64,000 nucleotides of DNA from Pseudomonadota bacterium (GCA_039029455.1 JBCCGE010000001.1:2151-66150); one strand, 5' to 3'. Shown: positions 8,930 to 18,393, counted from the first letter of the stretch. A program made the numbers and translations. Notes: generated by a model from the sequence alone, not told the origin.

Positions 8930-11725
8930 TTGTCAGTTGATCTGCCACCCAAAATAGGTCAGTCCGAGCGGACCCAGCTCGATTTTTACCACAGCCCCAT
9001 TCAGTTCCGAAACGACAGTTGGCATCGGCTCGCTGAATACGTTACCAGACTTCGCAATCGGCAGAAAAGAAACGAAGGGTATGGTGAGCTCCATGCCAAG
9101 ACCCGAAGCCTTATAGAGACGATTTCTCTCCTTGAAGGTTATTTTGCGTTCCCGTCCAAAGATGACCTTGCGCATATTGCAGCCCTCTTCGAAAAATCAG
9201 AATTTGGCACTCTTCGCAAATTTGTTGAAACCATTCTGCGATCACTGGCCAACGACAGCTACCGACACAGGAGTCTCTATAAGCATCAAACTCTGGATTC
9301 TGATGATGAAGAAGACAGCGTGCGTATTGAGGCTGATGCAGACTTCGTCGATGAGCAGTACAAACCCTATTTCGAGGTTCTTTTCGTTGATAAGAATGCA
9401 AAAAACGAAGACAAAACCATTCGTCGGGGATTCGAGAAGCTGGTGCGATCAACGGACGATTTTTACTACGACATTATCGGTGTACCGAGCTTCGAAGACG
9501 CATTAATTGCGGTGTTGTTTAACTACAACATCCAGGCGGTTGTAATTCGCTATGAATTTCCGCTGAGATCAAAGAATCATCTGAAAATTCTTCAACGCTA
9601 TATTCGGTCAATCACAGACGTTGAATACGATGAAATGCCTGATACAGGGCACGGTCCTCTTCTGGGTGCGCTGATATCGGAACTGCGGCCGGAACTTGAT
9701 TTGTATTTGGTTACCGATGAGTCTGTTGAAGCTATTGCGGGAAGCGCACACAAAACATTTCGCAGAATATTTTATCGTCATGATGATTATCTGGAACTTC
9801 ACCTGAATCTGCTTCGAGGCATTCAACAGCGTTTTCAGACTCCGTTCTTTCACGCGCTAAGGTCCTACAGCAAGCGTCCGACCGGTGTGTTTCACGCGAT
9901 GCCGATTTCAAGGGGAAAGTCAGTTGTTAATTCCCACTGGATCAGGGATATGGCGGAGTTTTACGGAACGAATATTTTTCTGGCGGAATCGTCGGCGACA
10001 TCAGGTGGACTGGATTCGTTGCTGCAACCACACGGCCCCATCAAGCGTGCGCAGGAGCTGGCGGCACGGGCATTTGGCGCCCGGCAAACGTTTTTTGTGA
10101 CCAACGGAACGTCAACCGCCAACAAAATTGTCGTTCAGGCACTGGTGAGACCGCGTGATGTTGTTTTGATTGATCGCGATTGTCACAAGTCGCATCACTA
10201 TGGAATGGTTTTGGCCGGTGCCCATGTTTCCTATCTCGATTCCTACCCTTTGCATGAGTTTTCGATGTACGGAGCCGTGCCTATCCGTGAAATCAAAAAA
10301 AGACTGTTAACGTATCGTGATGAGGGCAGGCTTGATCAGGTGCGGATGATACTGCTGACCAATTGTACGTTTGACGGTGTGGTTTACAATGTTGAGAGGG
10401 TTATGGAGGAGTGTCTGGCGATCAAGCCGGATCTGATTTTTCTATGGGATGAAGCCTGGTTTGCGTTTGCAGCATTCACACCAACCTACCGCCAGCGCAC
10501 TGCCATGGCATCGGCGAAGAAGCTGCGCAATCGATTCAGAAGTGACGAGTTTCGCCAGAGGTTTGACGCGCAACAGCAGGAGCTGGACGGTGACAACAGC
10601 ATAGAGACTCTGCTGAATACTCGACTCATTCCCGATCCGGATAAGGTCAGAGTTCGTGTTTACTCGACACAGTCTACCCATAAATCACTGACCGCCCTCA
10701 GGCAGGGGTCGATGATTCATATCTATGATCAGAACTTCAAGCAGGAGGTGGCTGAACCGTTCAATGACGCGTTCATGACTCATACGTCGACATCACCCAA
10801 TTATCAGATTCTGGCCTCGCTCGACCTTGGGCGTCGTCAGGCTGAACTCGAGGGATATGAAATGGTTCAGAACCAGATTGAGCTGGCGATGTCCATTCGA
10901 GAGCAGATTGCCCGCAATCCGAAACTGCGAAAGTACTTTCGGTTCCTGGTCGCCCGGGATCTGGTGCCGGAAGAGTTTCGCGAATCCAGGATCGAAGCTT
11001 ATTTTGACGCCGATACAGGCTGGGCAAATGACCACATGGAACAGGCCTGGGAGACCGATGAATTTGTGGTCGACCCGACACGTCTGACGCTTTACATCGG
11101 CAACACTGGCGTAGACGGAGATACATTTAAGTCGGAATACCTTATGGATCGCCACGGAATCCAGATAAACAAGACTTCGCGCAATACGGTTTTGTTTATG
11201 ACCAACATCGGCACTACCAGGAGTTCGGTTGCCTTTCTCATCGACGTGCTCTCAAAAATCGCTGCTGAACTCGATACCGATCAGGAGGATTTCAGTCGTT
11301 CCGAGCGTCGATTGTTTGAACGCAGAGTTACTTCACTGACACAGGAATTACCGCCCCTGCCGGATTTCAGCGAATTTCACGATGCCTTTCTGGCAGATCG
11401 AAACGGCAGTCGTATCGATGGCGACCTCAGGAAGGCATTTTTCCTAAGCTATGACGAGAACAATTACGACTATGTCGATATTTCCAACGGTGACGTGGAA
11501 AAGGAGATTATGGGTGGGGAGGAGTTTGTGTCTGCAGGATTCATCATCCCCTATCCCCCAGGGTTTCCGATTCTGGTGCCGGGTCAGGTCGTCAGTACCG
11601 ACATACTCCAATACATGCGCAAACTGGATGTCAAAGAAATACACGGTTATGAGCCGGAACTTGGACTGGCAGTCTTTACACGCGACGCACTCGATCGAGT
11701 GGCCGCGGAGAATCGATCCTCGTGA
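8930..11725 (+). CDS. large Orn/Lys/Arg decarboxylase family protein (PLP-dependent, fold I) with extra N-terminal extension
   Basis: PLP-lysine motif STQSTHKSLTALRQGSMIH. A receiver-like wing domain is present (PYFEVLFVDK...FEDALIAVLFNYNIQAVVIRYEF), along with the C-terminal IIPYPPGFPILVPGQ. The only in-frame canonical start after the stop at 8867-8869 is TTG 8930, and there is no in-frame Met for about 230 codons. Confidence 0.9.
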   Translation: MSVDLPPKIGQSERTQLDFYHSPIQFRNDSWHRLAEYVTRLRNRQKRNEGYGELHAKTRSLIETISLLEGYFAFPSKDDLAHIAALFEKSEFGTLRKFVETILRSLANDSYRHRSLYKHQTLDSDDEEDSVRIEADADFVDEQYKPYFEVLFVDKNAKNEDKTIRRGFEKLVRSTDDFYYDIIGVPSFEDALIAVLFNYNIQAVVIRYEFPLRSKNHLKILQRYIRSITDVEYDEMPDTGHGPLLGALISELRPELDLYLVTDESVEAIAGSAHKTFRRIFYRHDDYLELHLNLLRGIQQRFQTPFFHALRSYSKRPTGVFHAMPISRGKSVVNSHWIRDMAEFYGTNIFLAESSATSGGLDSLLQPHGPIKRAQELAARAFGARQTFFVTNGTSTANKIVVQALVRPRDVVLIDRDCHKSHHYGMVLAGAHVSYLDSYPLHEFSMYGAVPIREIKKRLLTYRDEGRLDQVRMILLTNCTFDGVVYNVERVMEECLAIKPDLIFLWDEAWFAFAAFTPTYRQRTAMASAKKLRNRFRSDEFRQRFDAQQQELDGDNSIETLLNTRLIPDPDKVRVRVYSTQSTHKSLTALRQGSMIHIYDQNFKQEVAEPFNDAFMTHTSTSPNYQILASLDLGRRQAELEGYEMVQNQIELAMSIREQIARNPKLRKYFRFLVARDLVPEEFRESRIEAYFDADTGWANDHMEQAWETDEFVVDPTRLTLYIGNTGVDGDTFKSEYLMDRHGIQINKTSRNTVLFMTNIGTTRSSVAFLIDVLSKIAAELDTDQEDFSRSERRLFERRVTSLTQELPPLPDFSEFHDAFLADRNGSRIDGDLRKAFFLSYDENNYDYVDISNGDVEKEIMGGEEFVSAGFIIPYPPGFPILVPGQVVSTDILQYMRKLDVKEIHGYEPELGLAVFTRDALDRVAAENRSS

Positions 11726-13374
11726 ATATCCGAGAGACAATTATGGCGGGTATGTGCGCTATCGCCCGCGTACTCAGGAAATGTGTTTCCGCACTTTCAA
11801 GCCCCGAATCCGCTGATGGCTCAGATGAGTTGCCAGCTGCAGTACCGAAAAGTGCAGATTCGAAAACACCGATTCACGAAAAAAATCGTTCAAAGATGAA
11901 TGAGAACACCGCAATGAAACCGCTCAAAAATATTTCAGAGATTCGCCGATATTTTCACCGCAACGAGACACCGGTCTACTTTATCAGCGCTACAAACTTT
12001 AATTTGCTGGGTATCAGTGAATGGGTAAGAAATTTTCGCTACATCAATTATCTGGACTGTTTTGACGGTCGTCATCCGATGGTGCGGATTCCATCCGAGC
12101 AGCCTCACAGAGAGTTTTCAGGGATCGAAGACATCAACAACTATATGCTTCAGCACAAAGAGGTTGTCGACTATGTGAATTATCGAGGCCCCGGTGGCAA
12201 AGCTGTTTTTCTGATGTTTGATCAGGAGACCGAAAAACTGTGTAAAGAGCTCGATCTGGACGTCTGGTTCCCCTCCGCCGAGCTGCGGCAAAAGATGGAT
12301 AACAAGATAGAAACCGTTCGAATTGGAAATCGTGCTGGCGTTCCCAGTGTGCCGAATGTGCTCGCGAAAGTTGAGAGCTGGGAACACTTCAAGGAGCTGA
12401 CTAAGGAACTCGGCTCGGACACGGTTGTACAAACTGCCTTTGGAGATTCCGGAAAAACAACTTACTTCGTCTCTTCAGAGCAGGATTGGGAAAAGCACGG
12501 GCCCGACATTGTTGCTGAGGAAGAGGTCAAAATCATGAAGCGGATCAATTGCCGGGGGTCTGCCATTGAAGCCTGTGCGACGAAATGCGGCACCATTGTC
12601 GGTCCGTTGATGACCGAACTCGTCGGGTTCGGTGAACTGACACCCTATAAAGGCGGTTGGTGCGGTAATGAAATTTTCGCTGATTCATTCACTCCGGAGA
12701 TCAGGGAGAAGGCGAAAAAATATACGCGTGACTTTGGCGAGGCGCTGAGGGAAGAGGGGTATCGGGGATACTTTGAGCTGGATTTCCTGATCGATCTCGA
12801 CAATAACGAGCTGTATCTGGGGGAACTGAATCCCAGAGTTACCGGCGCCAGTTCAATGACCAATCACGCCGCTTTTGCACATGCAGATGCACCACTTTTT
12901 CTATTCCACCTGCTGGAATTCTCGGACGTACCGTTTGACATCGATATCGACGAACTCAATGAACGCTGGGCGGATCCCGATAATATTGACAGCTGGAGTC
13001 AGCTCGTCATAAAGCACGTCGATCAAAACGTGGATTACATTACCGAGGCGCCCGAGTCCGGTATCTGGAAACTGCAGGACGATGGTTCGGTCCAGTATGT
13101 CCGATTTGACTATCACCGCAGAGCCGTTGAGGATGAGGCACATGGCTTTTATCTTCGCATCAGCGGTAAGGGCGACTATAGATACAAAGGTGCGGATCTG
13201 GGGATACTGATTACCCGAGGGCGATTAATGACCACAGATTTCGAGTTAAATGACCGGGCCAAAAAGTGGATTGATGGAATTGTTGGGCAGTATCAGGGCG
13301 TTTCGTTAGAGGATGCGGAGAATCCGGCCAAACCTTCAGTATCCCTAAGTGAGGACGCATTCAAGATTCTCTAA
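11722..13374 (+). CDS. ATP-grasp domain protein (carboxylate-amine ligase type)
   Basis: ATP-grasp core is visible: YRGYFELDFLIDLDNNELYLGELNPRVTGASSMTN plus a glycine-rich FGDSGKTTYFV loop. The GTG start overlaps the decarboxylase stop (GTGA). ATG 11743 or ATG 11896 are alternative starts. Confidence 0.8.
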   Translation: MNIRETIMAGMCAIARVLRKCVSALSSPESADGSDELPAAVPKSADSKTPIHEKNRSKMNENTAMKPLKNISEIRRYFHRNETPVYFISATNFNLLGISEWVRNFRYINYLDCFDGRHPMVRIPSEQPHREFSGIEDINNYMLQHKEVVDYVNYRGPGGKAVFLMFDQETEKLCKELDLDVWFPSAELRQKMDNKIETVRIGNRAGVPSVPNVLAKVESWEHFKELTKELGSDTVVQTAFGDSGKTTYFVSSEQDWEKHGPDIVAEEEVKIMKRINCRGSAIEACATKCGTIVGPLMTELVGFGELTPYKGGWCGNEIFADSFTPEIREKAKKYTRDFGEALREEGYRGYFELDFLIDLDNNELYLGELNPRVTGASSMTNHAAFAHADAPLFLFHLLEFSDVPFDIDIDELNERWADPDNIDSWSQLVIKHVDQNVDYITEAPESGIWKLQDDGSVQYVRFDYHRRAVEDEAHGFYLRISGKGDYRYKGADLGILITRGRLMTTDFELNDRAKKWIDGIVGQYQGVSLEDAENPAKPSVSLSEDAFKIL

Positions 13375-13385
13375 CAGCAATCCCC

Positions 13386-14372
13386 TTGGATGATTCGCAT
13401 TCAAAGCTGTTCTGCGCGATAGACGAACCGCTTCCGGACACGAAGTGGGCGGATTTTTTTCGCACCCACTGGGGCGCATACCGCAAGTGGTTTTTATCGG
13501 GTGGAGATGCGGCGCGTCCCAGTTATCTGCGGTCACATCAGGCTTTGAGTCGATACATGCCAGAGCTGATGCCGACGTATGAGCGGCTGGTCGATCTTGC
13601 AGGTGGCAGCGATACGGCGGCGCGATTTCTGTCTCTTTACCAACCGCCCGCCTATTTGTCGGGATGCACTCAGGCTGTGTGGACGGGTGATGAACCTGTG
13701 CTGGTCAGAAACTATGACTATAGCGCGGAGCGAACTGAGGGAGTCTTGCTTAAAACCCGTTGGAACGGACAGGCGGTGATAGGCATGTCAGACGCGACCT
13801 GGGGAATCCTGGATGGAATGAATGAGTCGGGTCTGGCAGTCTCGCTGGCTTTCGGTGGGCGCGTTGAGGTCGGCGAGGGTTTCGGTATTCCGCTGATTCT
13901 CAGATACATACTGGAATTTGGCCGGGATACGCAGGACGCAATCGAAGTTCTAAGGCGTGTACCTACCCATATGTCCTATAACGTGACCATTGTCGACCGA
14001 GAGCAGAGATTTGCGACCGTGTATGTCACTCCGGACCGTCCCTGCGTTGTTCGCCAGGTCCCGGTGGCGACCAATCATCAGGGACGGATAGAGTGGCCGC
14101 GCCATGCCTGGGCGACAGCAACGCTCGAACGCGAAACCGAGGCCAATCGAATTCTGTCAAACATTGACCAGACGGATCTGGGATTGATTGACGGGTTTTT
14201 GCGACCACCCATCTACAACCGCGCACACCACAGGGGATTCGGCACCCTCTACACCGCGGTTTATCGACCCGTCAGCAGATCAATCGCCTATTGCTGGCCC
14301 GGACACCAGTGGGTTCAGGGTTTTGATCACTTCACGGAGTTAACTGAAGTCATACAGTATCCCGGCGGATAA
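13386..14372 (+). CDS. peptidase C45 / acyl-CoA:6-aminopenicillanic-acid acyltransferase-like Ntn hydrolase
   Basis: LSG-CTQAVW (Cys94) resembles the autoprocessing Gly-Cys site of isopenicillin-N acyltransferase-type enzymes. RNYDY, GMNESGLAVSLAFGG and YNVTIVD are typical C45/choloylglycine-hydrolase-fold blocks. TTG start lies 11 bp after the upstream stop. Confidence 0.7.
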   Translation: MDDSHSKLFCAIDEPLPDTKWADFFRTHWGAYRKWFLSGGDAARPSYLRSHQALSRYMPELMPTYERLVDLAGGSDTAARFLSLYQPPAYLSGCTQAVWTGDEPVLVRNYDYSAERTEGVLLKTRWNGQAVIGMSDATWGILDGMNESGLAVSLAFGGRVEVGEGFGIPLILRYILEFGRDTQDAIEVLRRVPTHMSYNVTIVDREQRFATVYVTPDRPCVVRQVPVATNHQGRIEWPRHAWATATLERETEANRILSNIDQTDLGLIDGFLRPPIYNRAHHRGFGTLYTAVYRPVSRSIAYCWPGHQWVQGFDHFTELTEVIQYPGG

Positions 14373-14427
14373 ACGCCCAGAGATTTGCCCGGATGTCTCG
14401 CGAGACCCGTTTTATGAAGTATCTGGC

Positions 14428-14820
14428 TTAGTGATCGAGATCGGCATCAAAGCCTGCGGAGCCGACAACTTCGAGATCGTTTCGTGTCCACCAGTACCAA
14501 AAACCCTGCTGCCGCAACCAGTCACTGACCCGATCCAGATTTTGCCATTCTCTCCCTGATCCGCGTGCGTTATAGATTCGATACAACTGTCCGTCGAGAT
14601 AGACGGCGATCGCCCACGAATACGGGTGACGCTCCTGATCACCGTATCCGCCACTCTGATGCGTTCGCTGCACGCGAAACACGACTGCGTACTCACCCAG
14701 TCTCGCGGCTTTCCGTAAAGGCGCGAGATCAGACTGCGTCAAAGAGCCGACAATGCCAAGATTGACATCTTGATTCATACTGTTGACATATTCTGAATGC
14801 GAGCCTACATTATGGGTCAT
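14428..14820 (-). CDS. hypothetical protein (no family recognised)
   Basis: The ORF is open from 14862. I prefer ATG 14820 or ATG 14778 because the longest form would overlap the divergent amidase start. Trp/Arg-rich C-terminal half: REWQNLDRVSDWLRQQGFWYWW. Confidence 0.4.
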   Translation of the reverse strand: MTHNVGSHSEYVNSMNQDVNLGIVGSLTQSDLAPLRKAARLGEYAVVFRVQRTHQSGGYGDQERHPYSWAIAVYLDGQLYRIYNARGSGREWQNLDRVSDWLRQQGFWYWWTRNDLEVVGSAGFDADLDH

Positions 14821-14836
14821 AGTGTAGGTGAACACA

Positions 14837-16309
14837 ATGCAACCACAAATACCCCGGAGCAATTCCGGGTCAGAACATTTTCATTTGATTCCCGATTCGT
14901 CAAATTTTCTGCACAAAACCGCTTGTGAGCAGGTCGATGCGCTGCGGTCCGGGGAGATCTCGGCCATTGAATTGCTGGAACAAACGATCGTCCATGCGGA
15001 GAAACTGTCACCGCTGATTAACCCGATTGCGCTGACACTTTACGATCGCGCACGTGAGGCGGCTATCAGGGCAGACAAACTGCTCAAACGCGGGAAAGGC
15101 GGGCCACTTTGTGGTTTGCCGATTACGGTGAAAGACTCCCAGTGGCTGGCGGGCTATCCCTGCGCTAACGGCTCGCTCTCGTTAAAGGATTTCGTGCCCG
15201 ATCAGACCTGTGCAGCGATCACCCGACTGGAAAACGCGGGCGCGGTACTGTTTGCGAAAACGACCTGTCCGGAGTTTTGCGTCAGTGGAACGAATAATTC
15301 TCCACTATATGGCGCTACATTGAATCCATGGAATCTGAGCAAAACACCGGGAGGATCATCGGGTGGGGCAGCAGCGTCGGTTGCCGCAGGAATCGGCAGC
15401 CTGTCACTCGGTGGAGACGGTGGCGGCTCTATTCGGATTCCCGCCGCCTTTTGCGGCATTGTAGGGTTTAAACCGAGTCACGGTCGAGTGCAAAAGTCGC
15501 CCGGATTTCCGACATGGGAATCCCTCGTGTCCTATGGACCGATGAGCCGATCCGTATCAGATGCGAAGTTAATGTTTGATGTGCTCGCGGACCCACCGTC
15601 CGAAGTCCATGAACAAAATATCTTTTCTGCTTCCCAATCCCGAATCGTGGTTTCAGAAGATCTCGGATTTGCGCCAGTGGACAGTGATGTCAGAGATGTC
15701 TTCAGAGCAGCCGTTGAAAAAATTTCGGGCGGTGGAATCACAACGGTTTACGATAGCCCTGGTCTTGGAACTTCTGTGGTGACCTGGGCCACGGTGGCGA
15801 CGGCGGACATGTGGAAGTACAAGTCCGGATCACTGTCTCCCGACAATGCTGAATCTTCATTGCTGGGAGTTTATGCAAAGGAATTCATCAAGTTTGGCGC
15901 GCGTTTCAATACGCAGGATATTGAGGACGCACGTGCCAATCGGACCGAGATATTTGAAGCCTATCAAGCACTGTTCAAGCGCAACCGCGCAAGGATTTTA
16001 ATTACACCGACTCTTGGACGGGAAGCGTTTCATCATACTTTGCCGTTTCCACAAATTATTGAGGAAACACCCATAACCTATCCCTGGCTGGACTGGGCTG
16101 GTTTTCTGTATGACGCCAATCTGGTCGGAATGCCGGCGTGTACCATTCCAATGGGTCTGGGCGATCAAAACCTTCCCCTTGGGTTGCAAGTGATGGGATT
16201 GCCAGGGGATGACGAGTTCGTGCTTCAGGTATCTGCAGCTATCGAGTCGCTTCTCGGATGGGCGCATTCGCCGGAACCGTTCGCTGACCGTTCCGGGCAA
16301 AGGGAATAA
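14837..16309 (+). CDS. amidase (amidase-signature family)
   Basis: GGSSGGAAASVAAG signature is present, with the flanking GLPITVKD and GGSIRIPAAFCG blocks. ATG 14837 is preferred over GTG 14828. Confidence 0.9.
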   Translation: MQPQIPRSNSGSEHFHLIPDSSNFLHKTACEQVDALRSGEISAIELLEQTIVHAEKLSPLINPIALTLYDRAREAAIRADKLLKRGKGGPLCGLPITVKDSQWLAGYPCANGSLSLKDFVPDQTCAAITRLENAGAVLFAKTTCPEFCVSGTNNSPLYGATLNPWNLSKTPGGSSGGAAASVAAGIGSLSLGGDGGGSIRIPAAFCGIVGFKPSHGRVQKSPGFPTWESLVSYGPMSRSVSDAKLMFDVLADPPSEVHEQNIFSASQSRIVVSEDLGFAPVDSDVRDVFRAAVEKISGGGITTVYDSPGLGTSVVTWATVATADMWKYKSGSLSPDNAESSLLGVYAKEFIKFGARFNTQDIEDARANRTEIFEAYQALFKRNRARILITPTLGREAFHHTLPFPQIIEETPITYPWLDWAGFLYDANLVGMPACTIPMGLGDQNLPLGLQVMGLPGDDEFVLQVSAAIESLLGWAHSPEPFADRSGQRE

Positions 16310-16336
16310 TCCCCACTGTATGCCGGACTAAAGTAC

Positions 16337-17362
16337 TTATAACGGCACAGCGACAACGGCGAGAAAATCCCCGACGTTGATCAGGCCCGGAAAGTGTTTA
16401 CCGGTAACAATGCCGTCGATTTTCGAAAAATATTCTGTCGGAGCCGTGCCGGTTCGCTCCACATCATGGACGCGAGCGACGAGATCGCCGGCCTTGACAG
16501 GATCGCCCAGGTCGACGCAGTGCTCGATCATTCCGCTGGAGTCGCTGAAAACGTAACAATCCCCATCCGGCATGTCCAGATTCTTCGTATCTGATATCTC
16601 GGGTTCACCGGGCATGATGCCGGCGTGGCGCAGAACATTTCGTACGCCTTTCTTGGCAATTCCAACAGTGTATGCGGTTGAAGTGCCGCCACCGCTGAGT
16701 TCGGTACTGATAAATACTTTGCCCATTTTCTCCGCTGCAGTGTCGTACATGGTGGCGGCGTCGATTTCCAGAAGTTTCAGAGAATAGGGTGCGTTGAATG
16801 CCTGCATTGCCGCCATGCAGCGAGCTTGTTGATCCTCATCTTCCAGTACATGGATAGCGCAGAACGGGATGAAATCCAGCGTCTTTCCACCTGAGTGGAA
16901 ATCGATCACATAGTCCGCCAGCGGCAGTAAAGTGCGCTGAAAGTAATCGGCAATTTTTTCTGTAAGGGTGCCTGAGGGATTTCCCGGAAAAGCGCGGTTC
17001 ATGTTGCCGCCGTCGATGGGTGAGGTTCGCTTACCGGCTCGAAACGCCGGATAGTTCATCCCCGGTACAATGATGACTCGTCCCGAAATTGAGCTCACGT
17101 CGATGGTTTGTGTCAGGTCCCATAAGGCAATTGGACCCTCATACTCATCGCCATGATTCGCACCGGTAAACAGCGCAGTGGCGCCCTCACCGTTCTTGGC
17201 CACCGTAATTGGAATCATGATGGATCCCCAGGCTGAGGCATCGTGTGAAAACGGCAGTGAAAGGAACCCGTGCTGCAGGCCGTCCTTTTCGAAGTCAACA
17301 GTCGAGGTAATCGGGGAATCAATCATGTCTTTTGGGCTGGGTAATACGGTCTGGATTGACAA
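16337..17362 (-). CDS. succinylglutamate desuccinylase/aspartoacylase family deacylase (DoeB-like)
   Basis: GANHGDEYEGP zinc-site block, DFHSGGKTLDF and TELSGGG are AstE/AspA-family motifs. The length (341 aa) and layout resemble N-acetyl-diaminobutyrate deacetylases. Confidence 0.8.
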   Translation of the reverse strand: MSIQTVLPSPKDMIDSPITSTVDFEKDGLQHGFLSLPFSHDASAWGSIMIPITVAKNGEGATALFTGANHGDEYEGPIALWDLTQTIDVSSISGRVIIVPGMNYPAFRAGKRTSPIDGGNMNRAFPGNPSGTLTEKIADYFQRTLLPLADYVIDFHSGGKTLDFIPFCAIHVLEDEDQQARCMAAMQAFNAPYSLKLLEIDAATMYDTAAEKMGKVFISTELSGGGTSTAYTVGIAKKGVRNVLRHAGIMPGEPEISDTKNLDMPDGDCYVFSDSSGMIEHCVDLGDPVKAGDLVARVHDVERTGTAPTEYFSKIDGIVTGKHFPGLINVGDFLAVVAVPL

Positions 17363-17412
17363 GCATTGACGAACTCCCGGTCGGTGTCAATTCATAGTGG
17401 GCGCAAAATCAG

Positions 17413-18291
17413 TTAACGGTTGAGTGAGCATATCCAGTCGCGGAAACTGTATGAAGCCGGATTGTCCGCGCCGTTTTCAGTGATGCAGCAAAAATATCCA
17501 CGATCGCTCTCAAGTCTCAGTGAGGACGCCCTGCAAAGGTTTCCGTCATCCAGATGATCCTGCAGAAGGTATTCCCATCCGATAGCAATGCCTATCCCGC
17601 TGAGAGCCGCCTGTAAGTACACAATGTAGCTGTTGAAGGTTGCGCCCGGAACAGCCGCTGGTGCATCGATGTTCACACTGCCCAACAGAGATTGCCAATC
17701 CTTTCGATGCACCGGTTCCGCGTAGAAAAGCAGTTTTTGTTTGGTAAGTTCCTCCGGCATAAACCTGTCGCGATGCCCCAAAAGTTTCGGGTGGCACACC
17801 GTGATCATTTTCTCCCGAAAGATGTTCGTCACTTCGGTGCCGGGCATATTCGCATCACCAAATGTCACTGACACATCAGCGTCGCGAGTGTCCAGATTTG
17901 TGGTTGAGTCCCGCGTAATCAGCTGCAGATCAATCTCCGGGTAACGCTGATAGAAACCGGCCAGACGATTCAGTAACCAGCAACTGGAAATACCAATTGA
18001 GGTGATGACTCGAAGACTGTTTTGATTGCGAGCATCGTGAATACGCTGACATCCTGTCCTGATTTCGTGCATACCCCGCGAGATCGAGCGGTAAAGCTCT
18101 TCGCCTTCAGCCGTCAGGGACAGACGGGGTTTGCTCCTCACAAAAAGTCTTGTGCCCAGCGACTTTTCAAGTTCTGCAATCTGGCGACTGACAGCCGGCG
18201 GTTGAACGCCGAGGTCTTTCGCCGCCCGGGCGAAATTCAGAGTATTCGCCGCGACTTCAAAGGTTCGGATAGCGGTCAGAGAGGGCAGCAT
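17413..18291 (-). CDS. LysR family transcriptional regulator
   Basis: N-terminal wHTH LPSLTAIRTFEVAANTLNFARAAKDLGVQPPAVSRQIAELE followed by a LysR substrate-binding domain. Transcribed divergently from the operon that starts at 18394. Confidence 0.9.
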   Translation of the reverse strand: MLPSLTAIRTFEVAANTLNFARAAKDLGVQPPAVSRQIAELEKSLGTRLFVRSKPRLSLTAEGEELYRSISRGMHEIRTGCQRIHDARNQNSLRVITSIGISSCWLLNRLAGFYQRYPEIDLQLITRDSTTNLDTRDADVSVTFGDANMPGTEVTNIFREKMITVCHPKLLGHRDRFMPEELTKQKLLFYAEPVHRKDWQSLLGSVNIDAPAAVPGATFNSYIVYLQAALSGIGIAIGWEYLLQDHLDDGNLCRASSLRLESDRGYFCCITENGADNPASYSFRDWICSLNR

Positions 18292-18393
18292 ATTTGTTTA
18301 CAAAAATGAAACATTGTATTTCCGAAAAAAGCCAGTTTACAAGCTAATACCGTTGACTCAAAATTTCATTTATCTGAATCTGACCTGTCGACA

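Noticed and set aside
16337-17362. Considered that the M24 peptidase (1-849) and the DoeB-like deacylase form an ectoine-degradation doeAB pair.
   Set aside because: The two genes are 15 kb apart on opposite strands with unrelated genes between them, and no doeC/doeD-type genes are adjacent. The family resemblance alone does not support a doe cluster.
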